Source of the DNA: Candidatus Latescibacterota bacterium
GTDB taxonomy: Bacteria > Latescibacterota > UBA2968 > UBA8231
NCBI GenBank assembly: GCA_964291625.2
Contig: OZ220090.1
Coordinates: 32,001 to 96,000 of the forward strand
Direction of reading: 5' to 3'
DNA length: 64,000 nucleotides
The translations under genes were made by a program, and so were the position numbers. The notes beneath the pieces are model-generated. The model saw only the letters and a program-made list of their open reading frames with translations. It was not told the DNA's origin and made no database searches. Numbering within the stretch: position 1 is the stretch's first letter; every line of letters begins with the position of its first letter. Below, in pieces: positions 57,500 to 64,000 of this stretch.

Positions 57500-60400
57500 G
57501 TGACGGACAACCCCCAGAAGCGAAAGCCCGCCACCTCCGTCGAAGTGCGGGAGCGCCTGATCGAGGCACTCAATCTCGACTTGGTAGGTCCTTGGGTCGG
57601 CCACCCTCTGGCCGACGAGCGTCTGCCCGGGTGGATCCGGCCCTCGAACTGGTACCTGACCGGTTTCCTGATTCCCTCGGGGACCGCAGCCGGGCAGAGC
57701 GCCGACGCGGACGAGGAGGACGGCATGGATGTGGAAGTCCCGGAATCGGTGGGCCTTGCGGAGGAGTCCAATGAGGAGAGGAAGGCCGCCAAGAAAGGCT
57801 ACTTCCCCTCCTCCATGGGCCTGAGCTTCCTCGTGCCGAAGGAGGAAGATGCACTCGATGTCACCGTCTCTTGGGGCGACTACGAGCCGGAGGAGATCAA
57901 GGACGACGACAGGACCGTGTCGGTCTGGCAGCGCACCCCTCGTCTGGTTCGAATCCCCCTCGAACTCACCAGAGCCGACGACCCCGTTGTCAGAGAAGTC
58001 CCGGACTCCGGCGGACTCCGGCTCCATGTCGTCGAGCGCAAGGTCATCGCCCGGGACCTCGATGACCACATCCCCTCCGGTACGCGGTCGGTCTCGGTCT
58101 TCCTGGTCAACAACCGGCCCCCGGCGGATACCAGTGCCGACTGTGCCTATGTCTTTCAGCCGGAGCTGCGGGTACGCGGGGGACACCCCTTTGTCCCGCG
58201 TCCGGATCTGCGGGGAACCCGCGCCGATCAGTGGGACGACCAAGTCGCCGACCTCCACTACGCGGACACGCCCTCGTACGCTACCGGCCACGGCGTATCG
58301 GCCGATTGGGAGATTCTCGACGGCGACTGCCGACTGCTGCGGACGGCGTGGATCCCCCGTGCCGAGGTGGAGAAGACGGTCACCGCCGAGGTGCCGGGGG
58401 TCGAGCTGGCGATGGAGGCTCTCGGCTCCCTGCCCGACGGAACGGCCGCCGGGGTGGCCCTCGGGCCGCTCGTCGAGCAGTACCGCGGGTGGGTTCAGGC
58501 CCGGCTGCAGCATATAGAGGATCTGGAGGGCACGCGCCGGGACACAGCCGCGGAGCTGCTGCGGCTGGCTGGCCACGCGGCCGGGCGGATCGAGCGGGGC
58601 ATTGAGGTCCTGGCAGTAGACGAAGACGCTCTGGATGCCTTCCGGGTGGCCAACCGGGCGGTGGCCCGGGCCCTGCGCCAGCGCCTGGACATCGAGGAGC
58701 CGCGCTGGCGGCCTTTTCAGCTCGCCTTCATCCTGCTGAATCTCCCTGGGCTGGTGGACCCGGGCGACGGGGACCGCGAGATCGTGGACCTGCTGTTCTT
58801 CCCCACCGGTGGCGGCAAGACCGAGGCCTATCTCGGCCTTGCGGCCCTTGCCATGGTGCTGCGGAGACTTCGCCATCCGGAGGCCGGCGGGCGGTCCGGC
58901 GCCGGCGTAAGCGTGGTCATGCGCTACACCCTGCGCCTCCTGACGCTCGATCAACTCTCGCGGGCCTCGGGGCTGGTCTGTGCATTGGAGCTGGAACGCG
59001 CCGGGGCGGAAGGCCACTACGGGGAGTGGCCCTTCGAGATCGGGCTGTGGGTAGGGAAGGCGGCGACACCCAACCTTCTGGGGAAGAAAGGTGATGGGCG
59101 ATCGGATTCGGCGCGCACCAAGGTGACGCAGTACAAAGCAGACCCAAGAGGAAAGCCGTCTCCGGTCCCGCTGGAGAACTGCCCCTGGTGCGGCGAGCCC
59201 TTCGCACCGGAGTCGTTCGAGCTGCTGCCCGACCATGACCAGCCGCGCGAGCTGCGGATCGTGTGCATGAACTTCGAGTGTGACTTCAGCGGTGACCGTC
59301 CGTTGCCGATCCTGGCCGTGGACGAGCCGATCTACCGGCGGCTGCCGGCCTTCCTGATCGCCACGGTGGACAAGTTCGCGTCGCTGCCCTGGATGGGACC
59401 CTCCGGCGCCCTGCTGGGCGGGGCCGACCGGTATGACGGAAGCGGCTTCTACGGGGCCGTGGACACGGAGAGGGGAACCCGGCTCCCGGTCCCGCTGAGC
59501 CCCCCCGACCTGGTGATCCAGGACGAGTTGCACCTGATCTCCGGGCCCCTGGGAACGATGGCCGGACTCTACGAGGCGGCGATCGAAGCCCTGTGCGTAC
59601 ACGGCACCGGCGGGGAGGCTGTGCGTCCGAAGATCGTCGCATCCACGGCCACCGTCAGGCAAGCCAAGGACCAGATCCAGGCCCTCTTCGGCCGCTCGCT
59701 GACCCAGGTCTTCCCTGCCCCCGGTCCCGGCCGGCGCGACTCCTTCTTCGCCCGCACCGAATCGACCTCCAAGGTGCCCGGCCGGACCTACGTGGGCATC
59801 GCGGCCCAGGGGCGGAACCCCAAGGTGGTCATGCGCAGGGCCTGGCTGGCGCTCATGGGCGCAGCCCAGAAGGCATATGTCGAGGCGGGCGGCCGGCGCA
59901 ACGAGGAGAATCCGGCCGACCCGTACATGACCGTCCTGGGCTACTTCAACAGTCTCAAGGAGCTGGGCGGCGCCCGGCGCATTCTCGAAGAGGAGATCCG
60001 GAACACCATCAAGGGCTACGGCGCCCGCAAGCGGATCGGCGAGACGGCCGGGCTGTTCCGGGACCGCAGGAGTTTCTCCGAGGTGTTGGAGCTGACCTCG
60101 CGCGTCTCCACGGACAAGGTGGCCGAGGCCCGCCGCCGCCTGGAGTGCGGCTTCCACGAGAAGGACCGCGTCGACTGCGCCATCGCCACCAACATGATCT
60201 CCGTGGGACTGGACATCCCCCGCCTCGGCCTGATGGTTGTACTGGGGCAGCCCCTTCGCCACGACGAGTACATCCAGGCCACCAGCCGGATCGGCCGAGA
60301 CGACGACCGTCCGGGCTTGGTGGTGAGTCTGCTCAACATCCACAAGCCCCGGGACCGCTCTCACTACGAACGCTTCCGCCACTACCACGAGACATTCTAC

Positions 60401-60880
60401 CGCTCCGTCGAGGTCGGCAGCGTCACCCCATTCTCGGCGCGCGCCCTGGACCGGGGGTTCGCCGGAGCCCTCGTGGCCCTCGCCCGCCACGGGCGGGTGG
60501 AACTGACACCGGCCTTGGGCGTGAAGAGGATCGGCGAGTTTCGGGCGGAGTTGGAGCGCTTCCTGCTCGACGCCTTCCTCGAACGGGTGCGGCAGCAGCC
60601 GATCGAGGATGAGGAGGAGCGCGAGCAGTACCTGCGAAACGTGCAGAACCGCATCGTCGATCTGCTCGACTCGTGGACAAAGGTGATCGACGACTACCAG
60701 TCGGAAGGCGTGGATGTCCAGTATCAGCGCTACGACAACCCGAGGCTCCGGCCGCCACGGCCGCTGCTTCGCGAGATCCTGGACAAGGACTTCGAGACCG
60801 AGCACCACGCGAAGTTCCGCGCCAACCGTTCGCTGAGGGATGTCGAGCCCAACGTGAACCTCTTCCTGGCGGACCGATGA
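57500..60880 (+). CDS. drmA: DISARM helicase
   Basis: RPSNWYLTGFL, WRPFQLAF, FFPTGGGKTEAY, MRYTLRLLT, QDELHL, ASTAT, ATNMISVGLDI, YIQATSRIGR. Confidence 0.9.
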   Translation: MTDNPQKRKPATSVEVRERLIEALNLDLVGPWVGHPLADERLPGWIRPSNWYLTGFLIPSGTAAGQSADADEEDGMDVEVPESVGLAEESNEERKAAKKGYFPSSMGLSFLVPKEEDALDVTVSWGDYEPEEIKDDDRTVSVWQRTPRLVRIPLELTRADDPVVREVPDSGGLRLHVVERKVIARDLDDHIPSGTRSVSVFLVNNRPPADTSADCAYVFQPELRVRGGHPFVPRPDLRGTRADQWDDQVADLHYADTPSYATGHGVSADWEILDGDCRLLRTAWIPRAEVEKTVTAEVPGVELAMEALGSLPDGTAAGVALGPLVEQYRGWVQARLQHIEDLEGTRRDTAAELLRLAGHAAGRIERGIEVLAVDEDALDAFRVANRAVARALRQRLDIEEPRWRPFQLAFILLNLPGLVDPGDGDREIVDLLFFPTGGGKTEAYLGLAALAMVLRRLRHPEAGGRSGAGVSVVMRYTLRLLTLDQLSRASGLVCALELERAGAEGHYGEWPFEIGLWVGKAATPNLLGKKGDGRSDSARTKVTQYKADPRGKPSPVPLENCPWCGEPFAPESFELLPDHDQPRELRIVCMNFECDFSGDRPLPILAVDEPIYRRLPAFLIATVDKFASLPWMGPSGALLGGADRYDGSGFYGAVDTERGTRLPVPLSPPDLVIQDELHLISGPLGTMAGLYEAAIEALCVHGTGGEAVRPKIVASTATVRQAKDQIQALFGRSLTQVFPAPGPGRRDSFFARTESTSKVPGRTYVGIAAQGRNPKVVMRRAWLALMGAAQKAYVEAGGRRNEENPADPYMTVLGYFNSLKELGGARRILEEEIRNTIKGYGARKRIGETAGLFRDRRSFSEVLELTSRVSTDKVAEARRRLECGFHEKDRVDCAIATNMISVGLDIPRLGLMVVLGQPLRHDEYIQATSRIGRDDDRPGLVVSLLNIHKPRDRSHYERFRHYHETFYRSVEVGSVTPFSARALDRGFAGALVALARHGRVELTPALGVKRIGEFRAELERFLLDAFLERVRQQPIEDEEEREQYLRNVQNRIVDLLDSWTKVIDDYQSEGVDVQYQRYDNPRLRPPRPLLREILDKDFETEHHAKFRANRSLRDVEPNVNLFLADR

Positions 60881-62670
60881 ACCGGGCCCACGGACAGATC
60901 CGCAGCAGCCAGGTGATCACGAGCTACGGACCGGGGGCGCTGATCGATCTGCCCCACGACTCCGCGATCGTCGGAGGGTTGGATACCTGGCCGAGGACCG
61001 GCGATCTCGAAGAAATCCACGAGCCGAGACTGGAGCGCAAGGTCCGGAATCTGACCGGAGTGCCTGCGCCGAGGCTCTACGCGCCGCCACCGGAATCGAC
61101 CGACCCCAGCCAGCCGGTCCGGGGTATCGGCGCCCTCCGCTTTCCAGAGTGGTTCGTCGTGCAGGAAGGGGCAGGTGACGGGGAGAGGCGAGAGCAGTCG
61201 CGCCGGCTGGTGCACCGGAAGGGGTTGGACTCGAGAGGGCGATTCGACAGTCACGAGGTCGTTGCCACTCGCTTCGTCCGAGCCTGTCCAAACGGACATG
61301 TGGACGATCTTGACTGGCGGTACTTCGTGCATGAAGGGGCCGTCCCGTGCAAGCGGCAGTTGTGGCTGGACGAGCGCAGTACCGGGGGGGATCTGGGAGA
61401 CCTCGTCGTCCGGTGCGCATGCGGGAAGTCGAGGCCATTGTCCGAGGCGACGCAGTTGGAGATGAATCCCCTCGGTTCCTGCAAGGGGGCCAGGCCCTGG
61501 CTGGGGCGCAACGCCAACGAGGAATGCGGTCACCCGAGCCGGCTGCTGATCCGGACGGCGTCCAACGCCTGGTTCCCGCAGGTGGTCAGCGTGCTCTCCC
61601 TCCCGGATCGAGGAAGCGATGTCGAGCAGGTGGTGCGGGACCATTGGGACGACCTGTCCATCGTCGAGGATGCCGGAGACCTCCCGGTCGTGAAGAGGAA
61701 GCAGAAGATCTCCGAGGCCCTTGCGGTCTTCGACGATGAGGAAGTCCTGCAAGCCATCGGCGAGATCAGGACGGGAAGCAGCGAGGAACGGCCGGTGAAG
61801 CAGGTGGAGCTGGAAGCCATTCTCGCGGCGCCGGAGGGGCACGGCGACGATGTGCCGGTCGATCCCGACTTTCACGCCCGCCGGCTTCCCGAGGCGCTGT
61901 GGCGCCGCTCGGCGTTCTCCGAGGGGATCGCCGCGGTGATCCAGCTGCACCGTCTGCGGGAGGTGCGGGCCCTGACCGGGTTCTCCCGTTTCGAAGCGGT
62001 GATGCCGGACATCGACGGCGAGCACGACACCGACGTGGAGCTCGCGCAGCTGGCCGTGGAACCGCAGTGGTTTCCCGCCGCCGAGAACCGGGGCGAGGGG
62101 ATCTTCCTGCAGCTCTGCTCGCGGGCCATGCGGCTGTGGCTCTCGAGAGCTGCGGTCCATGAACGGCTGCAGCAGTTGGAGAGCGGCCATCAGCGCTGGA
62201 TGGAAGAGCGGCAGTCGACGAGGCCCTTTCCGGGAGGTCCCTATGTGCTTCTGCACACCCTCTCTCACCTGCTGATCCAGTCCCTGGCGATGCGTTGCGG
62301 ATACCCCGCCAGCTCGATCCGCGAACGGGTCTACGTCGGCGGCGGGGCCGAGAGCTTCGGCCTGTTGCTCTACACCGCGACCCCGGACGCGGAAGGAACC
62401 CTCGGCGGATTGGTCCAGCAGGGCCGGCACATCGAGGACCACCTGCTGCAGGCCCTTCGCATGAGCGAGCTGTGCTCCAACGACCCGATCTGCGCCCACC
62501 ACGCGCCGGGCGGGAGCATCGAGGGCCGACTGCTTCACGGCGCGGCCTGCCATGGATGCGCCCTCGTGGCCGAGACCTCCTGCGAGATGCGCAACGACTA
62601 TCTCGACCGCGCCCTCGTCGTGCCGGTCATGGGAGTGCCGGGCGCCGCTTTCTTCAAGCCGCCCGGGTGA
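60877..62670 (+). CDS. drmB: DISARM DUF1998-domain protein
   Basis: GQIRSSQVITSYGPGALID start; LLHTLSHLLI, EGTLGGL, CSNDPIC..ACHGC..ETSCE; ATGA overlap with drmA. Confidence 0.9.
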   Translation: MNRAHGQIRSSQVITSYGPGALIDLPHDSAIVGGLDTWPRTGDLEEIHEPRLERKVRNLTGVPAPRLYAPPPESTDPSQPVRGIGALRFPEWFVVQEGAGDGERREQSRRLVHRKGLDSRGRFDSHEVVATRFVRACPNGHVDDLDWRYFVHEGAVPCKRQLWLDERSTGGDLGDLVVRCACGKSRPLSEATQLEMNPLGSCKGARPWLGRNANEECGHPSRLLIRTASNAWFPQVVSVLSLPDRGSDVEQVVRDHWDDLSIVEDAGDLPVVKRKQKISEALAVFDDEEVLQAIGEIRTGSSEERPVKQVELEAILAAPEGHGDDVPVDPDFHARRLPEALWRRSAFSEGIAAVIQLHRLREVRALTGFSRFEAVMPDIDGEHDTDVELAQLAVEPQWFPAAENRGEGIFLQLCSRAMRLWLSRAAVHERLQQLESGHQRWMEERQSTRPFPGGPYVLLHTLSHLLIQSLAMRCGYPASSIRERVYVGGGAESFGLLLYTATPDAEGTLGGLVQQGRHIEDHLLQALRMSELCSNDPICAHHAPGGSIEGRLLHGAACHGCALVAETSCEMRNDYLDRALVVPVMGVPGAAFFKPPG

Positions 62671-62691
62671 CGGAGTCGCTGTTCCAGCTGC
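62575..62691 (+). repeat. Direct repeat copy 1 (drmB 3' end plus drmC-like start)
   Basis: ACCTCCTGCGAGATGCGCAACGACTA...GCCGCCCGGGTGACGGAG..CTGTTCC.GCTGC recurs at 63031-63141. Confidence 0.85.
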
Positions 62692-62742
62692 ATTCTATAT
62701 TCTCTCGAAAGGCGTTGCCCCCCTCGATGGAGTACAACCACG

Positions 62743-62973
62743 ATGACAAAGCTCCTGGAAGAGGCGTTCAGGAGAGCTTCTGAGCTGCCCGAAGATCGAC
62801 AGGACTTCCTCGGCCGCATGTTGCTCCAGGTCGTCGGCGAGGAGGGAACCCTCTCCAGGTTGACGGACGAGCAGGTCGCTGAGGTGAGAGGGGCCCTGGC
62901 CCGGGCCGAAGCGGGGGAATTCGCCTCCGACGAAGCGGTGAAGGAACTGTCTACATCGTGGTCTACCGGGTGA
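62743..62973 (+). CDS. Small addiction-module antitoxin-like protein (3' end probably altered by deletion)
   Basis: MTKLLEEAF..ASELPEDRQD..LTDEQVAEV..LARAEAGEFASDE pattern; GGAG RBS; followed by a toxin remnant. Confidence 0.55.
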   Translation: MTKLLEEAFRRASELPEDRQDFLGRMLLQVVGEEGTLSRLTDEQVAEVRGALARAEAGEFASDEAVKELSTSWSTG

Positions 62974-63026
62974 CGGAAGAAGATGTCCATGTCCTGGGCG
63001 TCTTCCATGGCGCTCGAGACCGGTAA
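62952..63026 (+). pseudogene. C-terminal remnant of a RelE/ParE toxin
   Basis: Translates YIVVYRVTEEDVHVLGVFHGARDR*, the typical RelE/ParE C-terminus; no start codon or N-terminal part. Confidence 0.65.
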
Positions 63027-63030
63027 CCTC

Positions 63031-63141
63031 ACCTCCTGCGAGATGCGCAACGACTACCGCGCCCTCGTCCTGCCGGTCATGGGAGTACCGGGCACGGCCT
63101 TCTTCGGGCCGCCCGGGTGACGGAGGCCCTGTTCCGGCTGC
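63031..63141 (+). repeat. Direct repeat copy 2 (diverged, 6-bp deletion), contains the drmC start
   Basis: Aligns with 62575-62691 with scattered substitutions and loss of TCTCGA. Confidence 0.85.
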
Positions 63142-63899
63142 CGGCCCACGTGCGCCGCGGCCTGGCGAGCGCACTGGAGTCGGGCATGCTGCCGGTTCCC
63201 TGCACATCTGCTGCCGTCGGCTCGATCCTCAACCTTCGCGAGGGCGCCCGGGATGTGGTCGCAGTAGTGGAGCAGTTGCGCACTACTGGGCTTGACCAGA
63301 AAGCGGCCGCTGCCTGGATCCGAACGGTCGAAGAGGTTGTGGCCGGGGTGCCTGCACCCGACCTGGTCTGGTCGGGTCCGGAAGTGCCAGGTCTGCACGC
63401 AAGGGACACCCGGCGGGTCTATGAGGAACTGCTGGGGCAGGCGGCCCGATCCCTGTGGGCCTCGACCTTCGCGTACTTCGACGGACAGAAAGCCTTCGAG
63501 GTGCTGGCACGGCGGATGGACGAGGTGGGCAGCCTGCAGGTGAAGCTGCTGCTCAACATCCAGCGAGGCGGCGGGGATACCACGGCGCCGGAACATCTCG
63601 TGCGGCGGTTCGCGGAGCGCTTCTGGCGGGAGGACTGGCCGGGGGCGCGGCGTCCCGAGGTGTTCTACGATCCCAGATCCCTCGACCTGGACGGTCCGTC
63701 GGGGGTGCTGCACGCCAAGGCGGTGGTCGCCGATGACGAGGCGGTGTTCATCACCTCCGCAAACCTGACCGAGGCCGCGTTGGACCGGAACATCGAGATG
63801 GGACTGGTACTGCGCGACCGCGCCCTGGCCGCGAGCGTGACCCGACACTTCCGGGGGCTGATCGAGCGGGGACTGCTGCGGGCCCTGCCGCAGGAGTGA
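63117..63899 (+). CDS. drmC: DISARM phospholipase D-like nuclease
   Basis: LVWSGPE, HKD motif LHAKAVVAD, TSANLT..A...NIEMG. Confidence 0.9.
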   Translation: MTEALFRLPAHVRRGLASALESGMLPVPCTSAAVGSILNLREGARDVVAVVEQLRTTGLDQKAAAAWIRTVEEVVAGVPAPDLVWSGPEVPGLHARDTRRVYEELLGQAARSLWASTFAYFDGQKAFEVLARRMDEVGSLQVKLLLNIQRGGGDTTAPEHLVRRFAERFWREDWPGARRPEVFYDPRSLDLDGPSGVLHAKAVVADDEAVFITSANLTEAALDRNIEMGLVLRDRALAASVTRHFRGLIERGLLRALPQE

Positions 63900-63904
63900 T
63901 CGAG

Positions 63905-64000
63905 GTGCAGCACCGCCCTTCCTGCCTCCCCCTGGCCCTCCTCCTCACCCTCACCGCCCCCTCCGCCGACGGGCAGGTCACCTTCGTCGACGCCACCGAC
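63905..64000 (+). CDS. N-terminus of an exported protein (possibly FG-GAP/CRTAC1-like), truncated by the window end
   Basis: MQHRPSCLPLALLLTLTAPSADGQVTFVDATD: signal peptide then a xTFxDxT start. Confidence 0.4.
   Translation, partial: MQHRPSCLPLALLLTLTAPSADGQVTFVDATD

Overview
High-GC bacterial DNA; the gene families (DUF6785-like transporter, FlgD/T9SS-CTD-like proteins, DUF4159) suggest Latescibacterota/Gemmatimonadota-like FCB-group bacteria, which is an inference. Four blocks. (1) 1-9.8 kb: peptide/oligosaccharide-type ABC transporter, Tat-exported M28 peptidase, and two paralogous AGE-family epimerases (one with a Tat signal, one without) around a DUF6785-like membrane protein. (2) 10-36 kb: a long co-directional cell-envelope cluster. 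It has two proteins with T9SS/FlgD-like C-terminal domains, three paralogous ~900-1050 aa putative Ca-binding beta-barrel proteins, a TM-anchored DUF4159 protein, ExbB-ExbD-ExbD with no recognisable TonB, DUF4340, two TPR proteins, lipoproteins and a CsgG/FlgT-like protein. This is a candidate uncharacterised secretion/surface-assembly machine. (3) 36.5-45 kb: PspA-polyamine operon (J-domain, YbjN/CesT-like, PspA, amine oxidase, SpeE, DUF4178, DUF350, K+ channel, SpeD). (4) 45-64 kb: class I DISARM (drmD, drmMI, drmA, drmB, drmC). Between drmMI and drmA lie a retron (readable msr/msd ncRNA plus RT fused to a trypsin-like serine protease), a DarG-like macrodomain, an ABC-ATPase + DUF4276 pair and an orphan Phd antitoxin. 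A duplication-flanked decayed toxin-antitoxin cassette sits between drmB and drmC. No rRNA, tRNA, CRISPR array or intact transposase was seen. All family calls are motif recognition by eye, not database searches.
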